Position numbers and translations under genes: made by a program
Part shown: piece by piece, positions 31,101-44,512 of the stretch
Layout of the letters: each line of letters starts with the position of its first letter
Numbering within the stretch: position 1 is the first letter of the stretch
Notes under the pieces: generated by a model
The model's database searches: none
The model's input: only the letters and a program-made list of their open reading frames with translations
What the model was told of the DNA's origin: nothing
DNA from: a virus
Lineage: Duplodnaviria > Caudoviricetes
Strand: one strand, 5' to 3'
IMG/VR virus record: IMGVR_UViG_3300006802_000123
Span: 1 to 53,615 of that record
Length of the DNA stretch: 53,615 nucleotides

Positions 31101-34100
31101 CTCAAACACAAAAAGTATTATGCCCACATACTACAGGTAGAACTCAATTTGGTTACACAGTTAAATTTAATGAGTTTGATTCGTTCGTAGTAAGTGCGCC
31201 AACTGGCACTAGATATTCAAGTGTAACATTTGATTTTACTGACGATGAAAAATTAGACAACGACACTATTTTTGATAACAACGCAACTACTTGGTTAGAT
31301 GGATTTACTAACGCGGGTGCTGTGTACATGTTTGATTATTTGTCTAACTTTAACGAGAACCTAAATAACGTAGGTAAGTTCATATATGCTCAAAGTGTGA
31401 ACTCAAGAGACTTGTCATATGGAGAGCAACCTTTATATGGCAGAATGTTAGACTTCAGAAATAATAAAGTTATAATAGGTACACCTAACTTCCAAATCAA
31501 CAGTATGCTTGGTTGTGAAACAGTAGCGGGCGATATAGGTCAAGTTACTGTTTATAATAATAGTTCAGGAGTAAAAGATTGGAGTCTACACAGGAAATCT
31601 TCTCCTATCGTCAACATCGACAAAATACAGAATGCACAGATTTTCAGCGCAGCAACTAACGAAACTGAAATTAATTTAGACTATATAGATCCATTGCAAG
31701 GAAAGATATTAGGTGCAGCAAGACAGAATATTGACTATGTATCAAATATAGATCCTGCAGGATATAACAACACAGAAGCAAATCAATTTGGTAAACTATG
31801 GGGAGGAGATCACGTAGGTCAAATATGGTTTGATACTACTAATGTAAGATTTGTTAACTACCATCAAAATGATTCTGCTTATAACGCTAAGTACTGGGGC
31901 ACAGTATTTCCAGGTAGCGATGTAGCAGTTTATACGTGGATAGCATCAAATATTCCTCCACTAAACTATAATGGTCCAGGAACACCATATGATAGAACTA
32001 AGTATGTGATTGGTACTAAAGTAGACGCTGCCGATAATATCGTTCCAGTATACTACTTCTGGGCTAGAAATACAAACTTAATTGATTCTAATATAGGTAA
32101 AACATTAGCAGACTCAATTATAGCAGCATACATCAATTCACCAAAACGGTCTGGAATAAGTTATTTCGCTCCGCTCTTACCAAACGCTTTCGCTTTATAT
32201 AATTGTGGCGAATATCTAAATGCTAGAGACAGCGTGTTTCACGTAGGATATTCAATCACAGGTGTAGATGATCCAAGTCATAATGAATTTACTCTAATTA
32301 GACAAAATTATGCTAGTGACTTCTTGCCAGGCTTGCCCGGTGTTGGTAACATAACTAGACCAGAATCTTTATATGACAGAATGTTAGACAGTTTGTCTGG
32401 CGTAGATGAATTTGGTGATGTAGTACCCAACCCGTATCTACCTAAATCTGTACAGTCAGGTGTTTCGGTACGTCCTAGACAGTCATTCTTTTACAATCGA
32501 TATGAAGCACTAAGAAATTATTTAACTTTTGCTAATGAAGTGTTGAAGCAGTATCCGATATCGGAAGTAAGACCATTATCAGACTTCTTATATAAAGAAA
32601 ATGATCCTATATATGATGAAGAAGGAAACGTATTATTTGATAAGGGCGAATACTACTACACACCTGAATACTGGGAGTTCATAAACTGGTGGGCACCGGG
32701 TTATAACAATAACACTAAAGCAGCAGTACAAGTAAATGTTTATGCTGACTTAGCAAAACTAAATGTACCAGTAAGCACTATATGTAAAGTACTAACTAAC
32801 GGTGAAGGTAAGCAAGAAACTTATCGTTATGATGGTAATGGTATCTTTACTAGAATAGGTTTAGAAGGCGGTACTATTCAGTTCAAGATATATTTGTGGG
32901 ATTACGCAGAAGCAAGATTAGGATTTGGTGATAACTTCTTTGATACTACTGTATATGATTTATATCCTAGCGAAGAAACTAGATGGATCATCAGAGCATT
33001 AAATGAGCAACTTTTAATAGATGATTTATTAGTATATCGTAACAAAGGACTTGTATTGTTGTTTGAATATGTTGAATCAGAAACTACTGAATCTCAGAAC
33101 TTCTTACCTTGGTTATCAAAAACTTCATTGGTTGATGTATATCATAATGTAAGAAGTCTAGAACCTATCTCTGTATTTCAATCAGACAACTCTGAATTCT
33201 TGACTGGTTACATTAATGAAGTTAAACCTTATCACGTAGTAATAAAAGAATTCTTGTTTGTCTATGATGCACTAGATGTATTTGAGGGTAATATTACTGA
33301 CTTTGATTTACCAGCAAAATATAATTCTACAGTAGATGAGTTTATAACACCTGCTCTAGTTAAGGACAAAATTAACTTAAACGCATACAATGAATATACA
33401 TATGGTGATCCTATATGGTCTCAACCTGAATATACTGAATGGTATAACAACAGGGGAGTTTCATTAACTGGTCAGGTAGATTACTACATGACTAAACTAG
33501 TTTCATATGTTACTCTAGTTTCTCCTTCTATAGTAGTAGACAATGCTTCAGGATTCCCATCTAATGGCGTATTCAAGATGGGTAATGAAATAATAGGTTA
33601 TGCTAACGTTGATCGTAATCTTAACATTTTGTCAGGCTTGACTAGGGGACTAGAAGGTACAGAAGTAACAGATCACATTCCCGGTGAACTAATTTACATG
33701 GATCTTCCTCCAGTACTATTGCTTGACACAGGAAGATCATACGATAACCCTCCTAAAGTTACTGCTTATGTTGACACTAATTTATGGGGCGAACCTGAAG
33801 AAGAAGCAGAACTAGAAGCGATCATGGCTGCTGATTCTGTCTTACAGATCAAAGTAATAAATCCAGGTAAAGGATATCCTGTATTACCTGAAATATTAAT
33901 TGATCCATCTATCATTACAGTATTTTCTAGCGAAAATATAAATGAAAATTCTAATACATTAATCATATATTCACCAGCACTATCAACTGGTGACTTAGTA
34001 AGATATAAAGCAGCAGGTAATGGTACTAATATAGGTGGTTTACAAGATGGACAATGGTACTATATAAATGTTCTAGAAACAGTACCAACCGGTATTATAG

Positions 34101-37100
34101 CATTCTATAGCAGTTATGGAGACGCAGTAAATGATCATGAACGTATACCTCTAACAGTATTAGGATTTGGGGATGATCATACATTGAATCTGGGTGCCAA
34201 AGCATCAGCAATATCTACTGCCTTCCCAGTTAGACAGAACATTGAAACATTGAGATTTGACAGAACCACATATGACTCACAAGTCATTGACTGGGAAGCA
34301 GGTGCATTCTATGGAGCCTTCTTTGCTGGTGCGTACACTAACAGAGAAGATGTAGCGAGTTCTTCGATACTAATTGACAGCGAAGATCCGCCGATAGAAC
34401 TAATAACAGCAGCAGCACAGGGTGTAGTATTAGAAATAAGTGATGTACGAAACAATAGAGAAATTCTCTGGTCTTCATTTGAAAGAAATGTATCCAGTGT
34501 GATAAGTCCTGATACTATACGATTGACGTTTAATTCTTCTATGCCAAATGCTTCAGGATCTACTGTAGGTTTTGAAGTAGGTATGCCCATAAAGTTTGTA
34601 GGGGCTACAGGAACATCTGGTTTAGTAAACAATGAAACATATTACATAGCCGAAATAGTAAACGACAGCGACTTCAAGATATCTGAAACTCAGTTTGGTA
34701 CTGTAATGACTCTTGCTTCACTAACAGTAAGTTCAGCAGGTCTCAAAGCATATACAGCGCAGATAATTGACAAGGCTGTACTAACTGTAAATTATCCTGG
34801 TATCAGACAAGTAACATCAACACAAGCAAACACTAATTTTATTACTGCACCTATCAGTTTAACAGGCAGCAATGGAACTACAGGTTTATATGTTGATGTT
34901 CCAGTATTCTTTACAGGACAAACATTTGGTGGACTAGTAGAGAACGAAGTATATTATATTACTACTGTTATAGATAATGAAAGATTTACTATAGGTAAGA
35001 AAACTAAACCTGTAATGACTGACATTACTGAAACAGTTGCTGCAACTGATACTATCGTAGTTGATAGCACAGAAGGGTTCTCAGTTAATGACAGAATTAT
35101 ATTTACAGGAGAAACATTTGGTGGTATCGAAGCAGGTGTAGAGTATTGGATACTAGAAATTGTTAGCGATACAGAGATGAAGATAAGCATTGAAGGTCCA
35201 AACCTTGCTCCTTTGAGTCTGTTTAACGCAACAGGTAGAACACCTGTAATTAATCAGAAAGATACTTTAAGATTAACTAATGCTACGGGTGACATTACTA
35301 TGCACGTAAACTTGCCAGTAAGTCCTGGTCAAGTAACGGGTCAGTTGTTTAATTTATACAATACTTCAGATCATTACCCAAGCGTCTTATCAGCAGCATT
35401 TGACAATTTAGTAGAAAAAGACATTACTGCTACAATTGCTGGTGTAAACAGACTTACTATAGCAAATTATTCTGGTATAGATTTCTTGTACACAAATTTC
35501 CCATTCAGAGTGCCAACAACAGGTGGTGGACTAGTAGCAAATATTGTTTACTACATTAAAGATATAGGTGTTACTGAAATTATCTGCGAACAAACATCTA
35601 GCAGCGGTAATTTAATTACTTGTGATGATACTTCAGTACTGTACGCAGGAATGGAAATTACATTCTCAGGTACAGGACTAGGTGGTATCACAGTAGGCAG
35701 AGTTTACTACGTTAAAACTATAGTGAACAGCACACAATTTACTATTAGCGATAATCCAGGTGGAGCCGCTGTTACTTTAACAACCGAACCCGGAATAATG
35801 TTAGGTACTGGTGAATACTGGATAACTGCAAGTTCTACAGTAGGTGGAGCAGAACTAACACTAACTAGTACTATTGGTGGAACTACTCTATATCAAACAC
35901 CTTTGGTAGCACCAACATTTGATGTGAGTTATATAATAGGCGGCTACAGAGTATATCCAATCAATGTAGGAAAAGGATTTGCTTTAGACAATACTATCAC
36001 TATTCCTGGCAACTTGATAGGTGGAAGTAAGCCTGCTAATAATTTAACACTTACTATAACTGAAATAGATGAATTTGGTGGAATAGTAAACGTTATATGC
36101 GACGGCACACCAGCCGGCATAGTAAAACAATACTATCTAAAAGTAATAGGTCCATATGAAGTTGAAGTATATGAAGATTCGCTACTACAGATTCCAGTTA
36201 GCGGTGTAGGATTTGATTACGTTGGATATACATCTACTGATGTATTGTCTGTAGAATCATCATCTATATTTGGTTTTGATGAAAGTGTTAGCGCAGGTTC
36301 GTTCTTAGTAGGTGAAGAGTATACTATCTTATCTATTGGAGATACAGACTTTGCAGCAGCAGGATCTACATTGGTAACAATGGGTAGTTTTGTTCCCGGA
36401 ACTTTATATACAGTAAAAACTAATGATGCAGCGTTTGATGCTATAGGAGCAGGATCTACATTTACTGGTTCGATAGCACCAGGAACTGGTTCATTATCAG
36501 GATATGGCGTATTAACAATTACTGACGTTCTAACACCTACTGTTGCAGCAACTAATTTGATAGAAGGTCAGACATACACTATAGAATCTATAGGAACTAC
36601 TGACTTTACACTAGTAGGAGCACCTTATAATGACGTAGGAGTATCTTTTGCAGCCACTGCTACAGGTACTGGTACAGGAACAGGCACCGTAACTACAACT
36701 ACTGTAAGACTCAATCAAGAACTTTCAGGATCCGGGGTAACATCTGGTACTAAGATAATTGGATACTTGACTGGAGACGGTAATACAGGTACTTACTTAG
36801 TAGATATATCACAAACAGTATCTAGCACAACTATTACAGCATCTTCTCAACAGGATGTGACATTTGTCGCGCTTGGTGCAGGTGTAGGTGTTTCTGGTGA
36901 TGCATATGTATCTAGTTTTACTGCTACTACAGTAGGAGCAGGAACAGGTACAGCACTAGCAGGTTACGACACTCAATTGTTTGATTTGACACTAACTGGT
37001 ATAGTTATAGACGATGTTAGTCTGTTCAACAACTATGATGCTGTAGTCTTTACTGGTGATGTAGTGGGAGACATTGTAGCAGGAGAAACTTACTACATAA

Positions 37101-40100
37101 TTAACATATCAGGTAATAGAATTATAATTAGTGATACACCGCAAGGATCACAGTTCAACGTAAATTACACAGGTTCTACTCCTGACATGTATATAAGTAA
37201 AGTAGGTTCTTATGCGTTCTTACCTGAACCGTTCTACTTCAATCAGAGCATTGTAAGATTTAGAAACAGAGTTTATGTTTGCGTAGTGTCAAACAATGAC
37301 AATGAATTTATATATGGTAAGTGGGAAGAATTACGCCCAGAAGATAGGAGATTGAATGGATTAGATCGTGTCATAGGTTACTACAGACCAACTGATAACA
37401 TGCCTGGTTTAGACTTGACTCAAGTAGTATCAGGAATAACTTATCCAAACAGCATATATTCAGGAAATCCATTCCAGCCAAGTCTACAGTATGGTATAGA
37501 TGTCTTATTACAAGATCAAAAATTCCAACCAGAAGATGTAGATTTCGTAGCGATAACTTGGGACGGCAGCAATTATTATGCACCCGCTAACTTACCACTC
37601 AATACTTCTATAGCAACTGATACTAATCAGTTTGGCTGGGACTTAGTTAAGTTCTCTAACAATCCTCTGTCAATAACAGATTTGAAGTATGTTGGTAACT
37701 ATTACATAATGACTTCTAGCAATTCTGCGACAGCAATAATCAAGAGCGCAGACAGACAAGCATGGACTACTAGGGGTTATTACACAAATACTGACTACGA
37801 TTGGAATTCTACACAGACATTTAATATGAAGACTTTAAGTTCTGCTGGTCTTTCATTAAATTCTGTTACTTATCGTGATGGTTTATATATCGCAGTAGGC
37901 AGCGAGATCGTAGCAAGTAGAGATGCTTATATATGGAGAAGAGTATATCAGCCGCCCTCAGGCAGAAACTATGTATTGAATTATATAGATAACATCGAAG
38001 TGCCTGGCTTCTCGGGTTTAGTTGCTGTAGGTAAAGGATTAAGACCTGATTATACTACAGGCATAACTCTATCAGTAGATACTAACGTAATCTTAACTAG
38101 CACCGATGGTGGATATTCTTGGCAAGAAGGAGCGCAGTTCACAAATAAGGGATTCTACACAGTTTGTGCGGACGAAAACAACATCTTAATCATGGGTGAA
38201 GATGGTGCTATCTACATGAGCGCAGACGGAATAAATTGGAATGGTATAACAGAAACTAACGTGATCAGTACTAATACTTTCTTGAATACTGTAACAGTTG
38301 GTAATACATCAGGATTACAAGTTGGTGATAGAGTAAGATTCTCATCAGCATTTGATGTTATTACCACAGAAACTGATTATTACATTTATAGTTTATATTC
38401 ATCAGTACAAGTTATATTATCTACTGATCCAGGTTTAGGCTCGACTATAACTTTAGATGGTTCTAATCCAATCAACGGGCAGACTTTAATGTTCAAGTAC
38501 CCAATGCTATCTACTATCAGAAGATCATATTATGGTGGTGGTGTAGATATGTTAGGTCTAGACAACTATCCATCCGATTGGGTAATGTCTACTGAGACTG
38601 AAACTCCAATCACTGACGAAGATGCGATACACATGGGAGTTGGTGAGAACGGATTAATAATCACTTCTGCTGATGGCTATTTCTGGCAAGAAGAAACTTC
38701 AGGCACTACTGAAACTCTAAGAGACATCATATTTGTTAATGGCTTGTACACAGTAGTAGGTCACAATAACACGATATTGCGTAGCAATGATCAAATCAAT
38801 TGGACCATATATAACTATCTAGGTCAAGCAGAACCTATATATGACGTAGTGGGCGATGAGTTCACGGCAGGCTATGCACCTGAAGAATTAGTAGCGGGAG
38901 TAGTCAATGACAATATTACGCTAACGGTTAACACTAGACCCGGCAGCAACTGGCTTGTAACCGAATATGCAGGTGTAGGATATAACGTACACTCAACAGT
39001 ATTAACTCCTGTGTCAGATACTCAAACTGAATATAGTTTCTATGATCTAGTACAGAACCCAATGCAAGTAGCAGCATTTATTATCGATCCAGTAACTAAG
39101 TTAAGCACTTCAATATATGAAGGTATAGACTATACAGTAGATTGGATAAACGATAAGATCATACTTAATAATCCTCTAGCATTTGGTCTAGAACCAGAAA
39201 CACTAAGAATAGATGTGTATGAAGTAGGTAATGGAGATCAGTTAGTAAAAGCAAGCACTAGAACAGATCCATTACGTTACAATGACGAAACAGGCTTTAG
39301 TGAGATTTATCTGAACTGTAATTATAGCGCACCTATATCTCTAGGCAGTGGTGTGATCAGACCTGATTCATCTCCTGTTTATGTAACTGCTACTGAAACT
39401 ATAGCATTAACTAATTCTATCGTAGTAGAAGATATAACTAAATTTGTTGAAAATGGTCAGATATCATTTACAGGCTTTACTATTGGTGGATTGCTAGAAG
39501 ATACTCCATACTTTGTCAAGACAGTTAGTTACGCTACTAGTAGTATAACTATATCTGATACCCTAACTCCATCTGCTGTAGCAGGTGACACCGTTACTGT
39601 TACTGATGAGTCTGGGTTAATGACTACTGTTATCAATCCCGGTCAAGGAGAAGTATGGACTGATCCTGTTGTTTATCACAATGGTACGAAACTATTGTTA
39701 GGAAAAACTAGCAGAGCAGTAAGAACTAGTTCAGCAACTAATACTGTTACAGTACTTACTACAGGTGGAATATCAGCCGGAGACACTATCACTTTCTGTA
39801 TGTGCATGTTTGGAACTGCGATACAGCCTAATACATTATATACTGTTCTAAGCATAGTAGATTCTAATGAGTTAACATTAGAAGATCCAGATAATCCAGG
39901 TAACCCACTACCACTAGATGATGCTACTGGCGGCTCTATGTTTGTGACTAGAGATTATGCTATCGGTCTAGCACCAAATGACATCAATGCGAAATTGATC
40001 TTTAATACTGTTCACTATTATGAAACAGATTATATCGCTTATACATTGTTTGGTGAAACAGTTCCTCAACAATATTCTTACACATTACCTGAAACTGAAT

Positions 40101-42463
40101 TGTTTACTGGAAATGGTATAGAAACAGAATTTAATCTAAGCAATTTTGTTGGAGGAGATAACCCAACTAACGCAGTTGTAGAAATAGATGGTGTAAGACA
40201 AAATATATCAAACTACACGATATATCCAACTACTAATAACATTGTGTTTAACACTATTCCTGCTGCTAATAGCGTGATTGCGGTAACTACATATGCAAGT
40301 ACTGAACGTCAGTACTTTAACACTATATTTGGTGTAGCGGGTTCTGCTACTTCTTCATTCTTGTCATTAGTAGTTGAAGCAACTAATCACGTATCTATCA
40401 ATTACGATGAATTAGTGACTGCTGGATACTTTGAGATAGGTAATGACTACGTAATAGATACAGTAGGAACTACTGACTTCACATTAATAGGTGCTTCTTC
40501 AAATACTCCAGGAGTAATCTTTACTGCTACAGGTGCAGGTACAGGCGATGGTACTGCTTATGCAGGTTATGATGGCAGCGATTTTGATGTAAATCTAAAT
40601 TGGCTAACATTAGCGTCTGGATATACTACTACTGGTATGAATATAAACGATACTATAATATTCCAAGCACCAACTCTAGGTGGTTTAGTAGCCACTCAGA
40701 CTTATTATGTTGTTGAAATATTAAACAGCACAGAGTTTGTAATCTCTGAGACACCAGGTGGTGAACCAGTAGAATTGTATGATGACACAGGTGCTATGAC
40801 TACAACAGTTAATGCGATTACAGTTGCTAACATCGTGAACGTAACTAACACTCTATCTGAACCACTCGCTATAACGGTTGCTACTTCTTCTACATCTGGA
40901 ACTAACGTGATTACTTGCGTAGCATCTCCAGGCACTGCTAACTTTATCGAAGGTCAAACTGTTGAATTTAAGGTTGCTGACCCACTCAATGCATTTGGCG
41001 GTATTGACACAGAAGGAAGAGTTTATTTTGTAAGAAGCATTATAAGTGGTACAGAATTCACTATCGAAGACGAAGACGGTAACGAGATTGCTCTTACTAC
41101 AGATTCAGGAGTGATGGTAGTTTATGTAGGAGAAAGACCAGCAATAAGAGTAACTACTGGTGTAGCACACAACTTTAGTCAAAATGAGTTAGTAAGATTA
41201 GGTGGAATATCTGGTTCAGTACAATTAAATGATGACGTTTATTACGTACATGTTATATCTTCAACTGTATTTGACTTGTATTATCAAGCATACGATCCTG
41301 GATATAATGCTTACAATGATCCAGTAGTCAACTGCGATTCATACGAAGGTGGCGGTTATGCTTGGAGATATGGTTTGTTCAGAATGTATACTACATCTGC
41401 TAGTGCTACAACAACTGCTGGAGTAATCACTTGTGCTGATACTCAGAAACTAACAGTTGGTACTCCAGTAATCTTTACTCAAACAGGTAGTCTATTAGAT
41501 ACTGCTATACTAGGTGGTTTGATAGCAGGTAGAGTATACTATGTAAACAATGTACTAAGCAACACAACATTTACAGTTTCTGAAACTAGATACGGCGACG
41601 ATCTCACTCTATCTGCTGATTCAGGTTCTTGCTATGTAACTCAATGGGAACAGACTAACGTTGATAGACTCTGGGTAACTGTCAATGGTTACAGAGTACC
41701 TGCTGAATCACTAAGATTAGACAGAGCCAACGAAGTCAGCATTCTCGCTCCAGTAGTACCAGGTGATGTTGTAACTATCACTTCTATGGTGCCAACTGCT
41801 ACACCAGACGAGCAAATATGGCAATTGAACATAGACAGATTTGGTGAGACACAGATACACAGATCAAATCCAGAATCTAGAACTTGGTTAACTAAAGCAT
41901 TGTATGAACTAGAAACCGAGATGTATGTCAATGACGTAACAAGAATCACAAACATATTAGAACAAAATGTTATCGCTCCTGCGGTGACTTCTGGCATCTA
42001 CAAGATAGGTCTAACAGCAGACAAAAATCAAATTTCTACGGTTAAAGTACTTAATGTAAGCACCGGCGAGATTATTGACCCAGACAATTACTTAGTAGAA
42101 ATAGAAGGACTAGTACCATTCTTGAAGATCAGGGAAGGTAGTTATATCGCAGAAGGTAATGTTTTATTGATTACTACTCTAGTAGGTAATCAAGTGTTTA
42201 TTAACGGAGAGTACATAGGATTTACTTCCGTAGACTTTGAGAACAATATAGTCAAGGGACTAAAGAGGGGTCAGAACGGTACAGGAAGACAGTATGTAAT
42301 ACCTAACTATTCTGAAGTATTTGGATTATTATCTTCAAATAGGATGAATCCTAATGAGTATAATCAGACTTGGAATTCCTACTACTGGAATGAAGAAACA
42401 GGTGATCCCCTACAATTGAGTACGACTAACTCAGCAAACTTCTTTAAAGTGGATATTACCTAA
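22172..42463 (+). CDS. Giant 6763-aa mosaic virion protein (gp7-like wedge initiator with adhesin-like modules)
   Basis: Follows gp6; starts [12 protein letters not shown]; contains [14 protein letters not shown]-like and Asp-box repeats, CBM5/12-like motifs and many short beta-rich repeats. Confidence 0.75.
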   Translation: MARIRTLNFLPEIFQTSPNQQILTASLDQLVNPPQLLKVQGYVGSKIGYGVDANDYYVPEPTKVRQDYQLSPGVVFTRPDQSAAQDFLTYPGLLDGLELAGSVVDNNNNLFESEIYSWDSFTELDKLINYHQYYWIPEGPPAVTVASAVVYAINNYVVTDLANGYNIRAVGSGSGAINPTLTLLRGGTYTFAVNQDSPFWIQGEPGVSGTSLSNPNLNVREIFGVSNNGASSGVVTFSVPPANAQDAFLLPGNSTVDIVSTKPFSEINGKKLSEIVSIDGVNQLLGKTVLFYNTGSPDEVGYVSSYNDEVNYDVNNPIFDDPSTEIQIAASAPNFFTMASGSTSLFAVNDTIVFSGGLGGVVPDQVYYIKEILSGSTFTISQTLGGPEVTLSTEITSTTAYINIGFYEEGYYTNVNDNFYTITYVGSDPVLRLVPSGSIPTMEKITAQLGQNYQGVGFYKDIFGVIQRIPYISAPLETLYYQDGDSPNKVGLIKIVDNNLFNELDVERDILGKKNFTSTNGITFTNGLKVRFDGDVVPRKYLTDEYYVEGVGTAIELIPVSELVVPEDYANDIDVPWDSTNYDMAPYDSALSVPEYPDYMTVARNALSRNPWSRSNRWFHIEVIEATATYNNDPSILSRFTSGSSKAKRPIIEFYPNLKLFESGTLGKKPIDFIDHRATDALSDVAGLYNYYPDVEVYTDFSATINSAGANFIGTIVTTTLTVSSLTSGEIVPGSYIYGFNIPQNMKIVSQLTGTPGGVGTYEVSIGYTSLPNIEIESRINTATITIDSDQVTGKFLVGQYVNDLTGILPSDTQISEISGDTTLTLTLVFDDYLRILETTDQSLVANRKPNETYKLFDGARIVFAGDNDPEIRSKVFTADLSTITPGSRPILTFSETFDSPALFDEQTIVLRGYNNKGKSYLYDGLDWQAGQQKTDVNQPPLFDIFDYNGVSFSDTSVYLGTSFRGTKLFAYGIGSGPDDPILDFPLKYSSVNNIGDISFDVSLNSDTFDYVSTGSPVTLKINSGFVHDYESRTEYNRELGWKKAIAKSAQYQVFEFNYVPDQGTNTYTCDIKAIEEDPDVPHWPSVKLFVNNSLQFPANYTYTTTEDTTTIHFDYNGLEETKIQVLVLSDQVSQVGYYDLPVNLTNNPFNDDLEVINIGDIRRQYANIVANYQKNIDVIFGPNSFRDQGNLVPYNNIVIQNSASLVLPSVFLRKRNHDLFNSILYNSREYVKFKNLLLDTVDKTDFAQNYDPSYVLDTAIDIISSSRSQEQPFFWSDMIPSQSPYLTNTYNFKNSLDATIFPLVKVYDFSKANYSSVLLYLLRNGFTYQLVRDQDYTISTDAPSVIVNVGLQEGDQIIVREYNQTYGSYVPNTPTKLGIYPAYKPEVVLDEHYIDPTWFIKGHDGSYNRLYGDYDQVNNVLVDFRDQVLFEFEMRVYNNLKLSTVPPIMPYDVLPGFFRQETAKDYAKFLESYSTQFLSWIGENRLDYQRQYYQINEPLTYNYRGNTNKIDQQPIPMGYWRGIYNYFYDTYNPDTTPWEMIGLTQKPDWWEDRYGVAPYTSDNLVLWNDLANGINWNNGDPIVIEKLKRPGLLDIIPVDEQGNLKEPIQTLISFYNSNTVQREWQVGDIGPVEFSYRRSSTWPFDVTRLYALSKPADFYNLFVDLDNYRWSEEFQQYLVDNRSHLRPEDLEIYGNGTAKTSYINWIIDFEKQLGVDAQANIQTMLDNLDIRLIHRLAGFSDKTQLKYYVEKGTPNNLNSSLLIPDESFALLLYDNQPSDKIEYTSVIVQIVADGYQIYGNSQTKAYFTTLKPLANSDQIEITVENQKVTVQVDPSEVEVVVPYGKLFYTVQELSQFLINYGNLLTKRGLVFNQIEDGKPIDWQYMVEQFLYWAQTGWDAGSITTLNPAANILFINKESLIPQPMTLRETNFILNQNLYPISTNDLCIVRDGTAFSASCYNKGDAMSLAQFEMSNFEHGVVFDNVTIFDDVLYNRITGLRQNRVSLNGTKTADWDGTVFASGFIYNQDNIKEWSRYEKYTKGAIVKYKNKYWTSLQMVQPSDTFLERQWKITEYNEIQKGLLPNPSTRSFESSLYYNSYESNLEQDGNLLGFSLIGFRPREYLEVADLTDVTQINVFKTMLQGKGTNSAASIFKGAELPQGKIDYNIYENWAVKTSEYGGVLNENFVEFRLNEDLLTGNPATVALTNGVHTPDMQQYVPMYSLYNYARPPQGPDILSVTDYTAPKLYPDAGYVNFEDVKMSAFFFSQMSIAVNTSGEVVPVSNFYVRDYAWLADYRNKWQVFTPKSIGQVSVVKSNVNGTSTVSFVEPHNLSVNEPFVIVNFDSSVNGYYYVQKILDQFRVIINLNLRSTTREITGLGVALKLTSQRVDKPSDIINLPLLDSEFIKNTVWVDENGDGGWGVYRKSINYQYELEMTKESSGAYGSAVATNEILGIMTTDSQLGEAYRYVYSPLFKNYRLVQTLSQGAGFGTSIAHKDNLIFISKPDTGIYSYIINDSQLDDSMIPYQAVITNPSGVTNFGTSMAVSGDKKWLYVSDYENNEVYVYSQQSIDFDAGYLTVGETYEITELGDTDFTLLGAVENKVGIVFVATGAGTGTGKTKQVTYKLSTSITISLPDGDEKFGYSIATDYNGDTLVVGAPELDSDDNLLEKVGKAYVYQRSWQHFEAQFNLPVQSFPISWTPDTTNYTPVSVTSSEIEIGDNIDADTAVIFTGGTYGDTRIEPNKVYYVYDNPTATTIRLKESRSSATFLTFEDGSITSGTLTSQDSPLHVYVNGRLVNDNNYAVVGTNFIYTSSLRAGDIIQVNDNKFYLIQTLTTGDPERIGVQFGHSVDVTKWASEILVGAPFALTSTNQEGAVHRYTNGGGKYGMVVGTAPAQMTNTRTVLINGYAITLPNNYTADQIANLINTTHVTNVHAMATSDGKLIIELIDKNLSIPNEKLLITGYSEDLFADLGFDVYTQTQKVLCPHTTGRTQFGYTVKFNEFDSFVVSAPTGTRYSSVTFDFTDDEKLDNDTIFDNNATTWLDGFTNAGAVYMFDYLSNFNENLNNVGKFIYAQSVNSRDLSYGEQPLYGRMLDFRNNKVIIGTPNFQINSMLGCETVAGDIGQVTVYNNSSGVKDWSLHRKSSPIVNIDKIQNAQIFSAATNETEINLDYIDPLQGKILGAARQNIDYVSNIDPAGYNNTEANQFGKLWGGDHVGQIWFDTTNVRFVNYHQNDSAYNAKYWGTVFPGSDVAVYTWIASNIPPLNYNGPGTPYDRTKYVIGTKVDAADNIVPVYYFWARNTNLIDSNIGKTLADSIIAAYINSPKRSGISYFAPLLPNAFALYNCGEYLNARDSVFHVGYSITGVDDPSHNEFTLIRQNYASDFLPGLPGVGNITRPESLYDRMLDSLSGVDEFGDVVPNPYLPKSVQSGVSVRPRQSFFYNRYEALRNYLTFANEVLKQYPISEVRPLSDFLYKENDPIYDEEGNVLFDKGEYYYTPEYWEFINWWAPGYNNNTKAAVQVNVYADLAKLNVPVSTICKVLTNGEGKQETYRYDGNGIFTRIGLEGGTIQFKIYLWDYAEARLGFGDNFFDTTVYDLYPSEETRWIIRALNEQLLIDDLLVYRNKGLVLLFEYVESETTESQNFLPWLSKTSLVDVYHNVRSLEPISVFQSDNSEFLTGYINEVKPYHVVIKEFLFVYDALDVFEGNITDFDLPAKYNSTVDEFITPALVKDKINLNAYNEYTYGDPIWSQPEYTEWYNNRGVSLTGQVDYYMTKLVSYVTLVSPSIVVDNASGFPSNGVFKMGNEIIGYANVDRNLNILSGLTRGLEGTEVTDHIPGELIYMDLPPVLLLDTGRSYDNPPKVTAYVDTNLWGEPEEEAELEAIMAADSVLQIKVINPGKGYPVLPEILIDPSIITVFSSENINENSNTLIIYSPALSTGDLVRYKAAGNGTNIGGLQDGQWYYINVLETVPTGIIAFYSSYGDAVNDHERIPLTVLGFGDDHTLNLGAKASAISTAFPVRQNIETLRFDRTTYDSQVIDWEAGAFYGAFFAGAYTNREDVASSSILIDSEDPPIELITAAAQGVVLEISDVRNNREILWSSFERNVSSVISPDTIRLTFNSSMPNASGSTVGFEVGMPIKFVGATGTSGLVNNETYYIAEIVNDSDFKISETQFGTVMTLASLTVSSAGLKAYTAQIIDKAVLTVNYPGIRQVTSTQANTNFITAPISLTGSNGTTGLYVDVPVFFTGQTFGGLVENEVYYITTVIDNERFTIGKKTKPVMTDITETVAATDTIVVDSTEGFSVNDRIIFTGETFGGIEAGVEYWILEIVSDTEMKISIEGPNLAPLSLFNATGRTPVINQKDTLRLTNATGDITMHVNLPVSPGQVTGQLFNLYNTSDHYPSVLSAAFDNLVEKDITATIAGVNRLTIANYSGIDFLYTNFPFRVPTTGGGLVANIVYYIKDIGVTEIICEQTSSSGNLITCDDTSVLYAGMEITFSGTGLGGITVGRVYYVKTIVNSTQFTISDNPGGAAVTLTTEPGIMLGTGEYWITASSTVGGAELTLTSTIGGTTLYQTPLVAPTFDVSYIIGGYRVYPINVGKGFALDNTITIPGNLIGGSKPANNLTLTITEIDEFGGIVNVICDGTPAGIVKQYYLKVIGPYEVEVYEDSLLQIPVSGVGFDYVGYTSTDVLSVESSSIFGFDESVSAGSFLVGEEYTILSIGDTDFAAAGSTLVTMGSFVPGTLYTVKTNDAAFDAIGAGSTFTGSIAPGTGSLSGYGVLTITDVLTPTVAATNLIEGQTYTIESIGTTDFTLVGAPYNDVGVSFAATATGTGTGTGTVTTTTVRLNQELSGSGVTSGTKIIGYLTGDGNTGTYLVDISQTVSSTTITASSQQDVTFVALGAGVGVSGDAYVSSFTATTVGAGTGTALAGYDTQLFDLTLTGIVIDDVSLFNNYDAVVFTGDVVGDIVAGETYYIINISGNRIIISDTPQGSQFNVNYTGSTPDMYISKVGSYAFLPEPFYFNQSIVRFRNRVYVCVVSNNDNEFIYGKWEELRPEDRRLNGLDRVIGYYRPTDNMPGLDLTQVVSGITYPNSIYSGNPFQPSLQYGIDVLLQDQKFQPEDVDFVAITWDGSNYYAPANLPLNTSIATDTNQFGWDLVKFSNNPLSITDLKYVGNYYIMTSSNSATAIIKSADRQAWTTRGYYTNTDYDWNSTQTFNMKTLSSAGLSLNSVTYRDGLYIAVGSEIVASRDAYIWRRVYQPPSGRNYVLNYIDNIEVPGFSGLVAVGKGLRPDYTTGITLSVDTNVILTSTDGGYSWQEGAQFTNKGFYTVCADENNILIMGEDGAIYMSADGINWNGITETNVISTNTFLNTVTVGNTSGLQVGDRVRFSSAFDVITTETDYYIYSLYSSVQVILSTDPGLGSTITLDGSNPINGQTLMFKYPMLSTIRRSYYGGGVDMLGLDNYPSDWVMSTETETPITDEDAIHMGVGENGLIITSADGYFWQEETSGTTETLRDIIFVNGLYTVVGHNNTILRSNDQINWTIYNYLGQAEPIYDVVGDEFTAGYAPEELVAGVVNDNITLTVNTRPGSNWLVTEYAGVGYNVHSTVLTPVSDTQTEYSFYDLVQNPMQVAAFIIDPVTKLSTSIYEGIDYTVDWINDKIILNNPLAFGLEPETLRIDVYEVGNGDQLVKASTRTDPLRYNDETGFSEIYLNCNYSAPISLGSGVIRPDSSPVYVTATETIALTNSIVVEDITKFVENGQISFTGFTIGGLLEDTPYFVKTVSYATSSITISDTLTPSAVAGDTVTVTDESGLMTTVINPGQGEVWTDPVVYHNGTKLLLGKTSRAVRTSSATNTVTVLTTGGISAGDTITFCMCMFGTAIQPNTLYTVLSIVDSNELTLEDPDNPGNPLPLDDATGGSMFVTRDYAIGLAPNDINAKLIFNTVHYYETDYIAYTLFGETVPQQYSYTLPETELFTGNGIETEFNLSNFVGGDNPTNAVVEIDGVRQNISNYTIYPTTNNIVFNTIPAANSVIAVTTYASTERQYFNTIFGVAGSATSSFLSLVVEATNHVSINYDELVTAGYFEIGNDYVIDTVGTTDFTLIGASSNTPGVIFTATGAGTGDGTAYAGYDGSDFDVNLNWLTLASGYTTTGMNINDTIIFQAPTLGGLVATQTYYVVEILNSTEFVISETPGGEPVELYDDTGAMTTTVNAITVANIVNVTNTLSEPLAITVATSSTSGTNVITCVASPGTANFIEGQTVEFKVADPLNAFGGIDTEGRVYFVRSIISGTEFTIEDEDGNEIALTTDSGVMVVYVGERPAIRVTTGVAHNFSQNELVRLGGISGSVQLNDDVYYVHVISSTVFDLYYQAYDPGYNAYNDPVVNCDSYEGGGYAWRYGLFRMYTTSASATTTAGVITCADTQKLTVGTPVIFTQTGSLLDTAILGGLIAGRVYYVNNVLSNTTFTVSETRYGDDLTLSADSGSCYVTQWEQTNVDRLWVTVNGYRVPAESLRLDRANEVSILAPVVPGDVVTITSMVPTATPDEQIWQLNIDRFGETQIHRSNPESRTWLTKALYELETEMYVNDVTRITNILEQNVIAPAVTSGIYKIGLTADKNQISTVKVLNVSTGEIIDPDNYLVEIEGLVPFLKIREGSYIAEGNVLLITTLVGNQVFINGEYIGFTSVDFENNIVKGLKRGQNGTGRQYVIPNYSEVFGLLSSNRMNPNEYNQTWNSYYWNEETGDPLQLSTTNSANFFKVDIT
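29490..31560 (+). repeat. FG-GAP-like beta-propeller repeats in the giant protein (approximate bounds)
   Basis: [67 protein letters not shown]. Confidence 0.75.
33900..41640 (+). repeat. A dozen or more copies of a small beta domain with F.G...GGL.....YY(V/I)..I.....F.IS (approximate bounds; further copies near 23240 and 30390)
   Basis: Examples: [17 protein letters not shown] (~34910), [17 protein letters not shown] (~35660), [12 protein letters not shown] (~40680), [12 protein letters not shown] (~41510). Confidence 0.85.
37530..38810 (+). repeat. Asp-box/BNR-like beta-propeller repeats in the giant protein (approximate bounds)
   Basis: [43 protein letters not shown]. Confidence 0.75.
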
Positions 42464-42465
42464 AT

Positions 42466-42473
42466 GATAAATA
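42466..42473 (+). promoter_or_regulatory. Late promoter GATAAATA, 5 nt before the ATG of a small ORF
   Basis: Same spacing as at gp25. Confidence 0.7.
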
Positions 42474-42478
42474 AATCT

Positions 42479-42628
42479 ATGAGCGACAAACACGTTAAAC
42501 CAACCAAAGATAACTCTAGAGACACTAACAAAACTAGAGAATTTGGTGGGGTTTATATGTCATCTCATATAAAGATTTTTGATCCAAATACTAATGAAGT
42601 ATTAGTTAAGAAAAGGGCAGATGACTAA
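42479..42628 (+). CDS. 49-aa small protein resembling the N-terminus of the next gene
   Basis: MSDKHVKPTKDNSRDTNKTREFGGVYMSSHIKIFDPNTNEVLVKKRADD*; fills the gap, and its stop abuts ATG 42629; not in the ORF track. Confidence 0.75.
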   Translation: MSDKHVKPTKDNSRDTNKTREFGGVYMSSHIKIFDPNTNEVLVKKRADD

Positions 42629-43243
42629 ATGATCACAATATCATACAAAATTGAAGGATTTCTCAAAATATTTGACCCTAAGTCGGGTGAAATTTTTGTA
42701 GAGAAAAAGAATGCTATCAACTACGAGAACATGTCAGAAGCCCTAGCAGATACTTTGAGCAGCAGGGGCTATGGAGAAATCTATGAAATGGCGTTTGGAA
42801 ATGGTGGAGCATCTGTAGACGAAACCGGAGTTATTACATATTTGCCCCCAAACACTACTGGCCAAAATGCTGCTCTTTATAACCAGACTTATAAGAAAAT
42901 AGTAGATGATACTAGCGTGTTCAATCTAGACCCAACTAGAAATAAAATGACTGTTTTGCACACTACTGGTAAGGTTTATACAGACATTTTAGTTCAATGC
43001 TTACTAGATTACGGCGAGCCTGCAGGGCAAGCAGCATTTGATAATAGCACACAAACAGATACTAATTTCGTATTTGACGAACTAGGATTGCTGGCAAATT
43101 ACGGTACAGATAGTTCAGGACAAGTAATAACAAGACTACTAACTCACGTAATTTTTCACCCAGTTCAAAAATCGTTAAACAGACAGATTCAGGTAGATTA
43201 TACTGTGAGGATACAGAGTCTAACTAACCTAATTACAATTTGA
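42629..43243 (+). CDS. Virion structural protein (baseplate/fibre attachment-like)
   Basis: MAFGNGG, LDYGEP, FDELGL, THVIFHPVQKS motifs; lies between wedge and fibre genes. Confidence 0.6.
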   Translation: MITISYKIEGFLKIFDPKSGEIFVEKKNAINYENMSEALADTLSSRGYGEIYEMAFGNGGASVDETGVITYLPPNTTGQNAALYNQTYKKIVDDTSVFNLDPTRNKMTVLHTTGKVYTDILVQCLLDYGEPAGQAAFDNSTQTDTNFVFDELGLLANYGTDSSGQVITRLLTHVIFHPVQKSLNRQIQVDYTVRIQSLTNLITI

Positions 43244-43251
43244 GATAAATA
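43244..43251 (+). promoter_or_regulatory. Late promoter GATAAATA
   Basis: Intergenic copy, followed by a GGAG Shine-Dalgarno. Confidence 0.7.
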
Positions 43252-43271
43252 AAAGAACGGAGCGACGAGAT

Positions 43272-44501
43272 ATGGCATATACAATAGTTAAAACAGATGG
43301 TTCAGTATTAACAACCATTGCAGACGGTACGATTAATACTACGAGTACATCTTTAGGACTACCGGGCAGAAATTATGCAGGATATGGTCAATCACTAGAT
43401 ACAAACTTTGTCCATCTTACTGAAAATTTTGCTGATACTACCCCTCCTTCTAATCCGATCAGGGGTCAGTTGTGGTACAATACAAGTGATACTACAATGT
43501 ACATTTGTCCTACTGATGGAGAATCAAATGGTGCTGCTTGGTTAGCACTTACCGCAACTACTAGCGGCGGTAGTACAACATTCGGTGAAGTTACTGTAAC
43601 AGGTAACTTGTCTGCAAACAATATCTCAGTCACTAACGGAATTACTGGAAACTCAATTACTGTAAACTATGCCACAGTAACTGTAAGCGCCAATATAGCA
43701 TCAGGTAATATAACAAATGGTAATATTACATCATTAACTACTCAAGCAATAACTACTGGTGGTGCTACAACAGCAGGCACACTAACTGGTGTTTGGACTG
43801 TAACTGGTTCAGCAGGTGGCTCTGGCGCGTCTGCAATGGTCTTTAATACAGGCGGTATCTACATTGATAACACAGGTAACTTGTATGGTATAAGAACTGA
43901 CAAGTACATGTATGCAAACGGTGATCCGATATCTTTCGCAGGTACTTATAGTAACTCTAACGTTGCTGCTTATCTACCTACTTATACTGGTATAGTTGGA
44001 TCAGGCGTTGGCGTTACATTCAGGGGTAACGTAATTACTACAGGTGGTGTAAGCACTGGTGGTAACATAACAGGTAACTGGACATTAACGTCAGGTTCAA
44101 GACTAAACGCAACATACGCCGACTTAGCAGAACGTTTCGAATCAGACACTTCTTATGAACCAGGCACTGTGGTTGAGATAGGTGGAGATAGAGAAATTAC
44201 TGCGGTCAAGTACGAACTTTCAGAAGATGTATTTGGTGTAGTTTCTGATACAGCAGCATATCTAATGAATGCAGGTGCAGGTGATGACGAAACTCATCCC
44301 CCAGTCGCAGTATCTGGACGAGTGCAAGTTAAAGTCACTGGTCCAGTAACAAAGGGCCAGAGATTGGTAAGTGCGGGAAATGGAATAGCCAGGGGTGCTG
44401 CTCCCGGCGAAGCAACTGCTTTTAATACGATAGGTAGGTCCTTGCAAGATAAAGTAACAGCAGGTCCGGGCACAGTTGAAGCAATTGTGATGTTAAAATA
44501 A
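43272..44501 (+). CDS. Short tail fibre/spike protein with C-terminal intramolecular chaperone (peptidase G2-like)
   Basis: N-terminal GRNYAGYG...ENFA...GQLWY attachment-like domain; Gly/Thr/Asn-rich shaft; YADLAERFESD..YEPGTVV and PVAVSGRV.VKV.GPV.KG chaperone motifs. Confidence 0.75.
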   Translation: MAYTIVKTDGSVLTTIADGTINTTSTSLGLPGRNYAGYGQSLDTNFVHLTENFADTTPPSNPIRGQLWYNTSDTTMYICPTDGESNGAAWLALTATTSGGSTTFGEVTVTGNLSANNISVTNGITGNSITVNYATVTVSANIASGNITNGNITSLTTQAITTGGATTAGTLTGVWTVTGSAGGSGASAMVFNTGGIYIDNTGNLYGIRTDKYMYANGDPISFAGTYSNSNVAAYLPTYTGIVGSGVGVTFRGNVITTGGVSTGGNITGNWTLTSGSRLNATYADLAERFESDTSYEPGTVVEIGGDREITAVKYELSEDVFGVVSDTAAYLMNAGAGDDETHPPVAVSGRVQVKVTGPVTKGQRLVSAGNGIARGAAPGEATAFNTIGRSLQDKVTAGPGTVEAIVMLK

Positions 44502-44512
44502 GGTACTAAAAG

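Noticed and set aside
22172-42463. Intein, intron or diversity-generating retroelement explaining the giant ORF
   Set aside because: I saw no intein splice or homing-endonuclease motifs, no reverse transcriptase and no adenine-variant repeat pair; size is explained by domain repeats.
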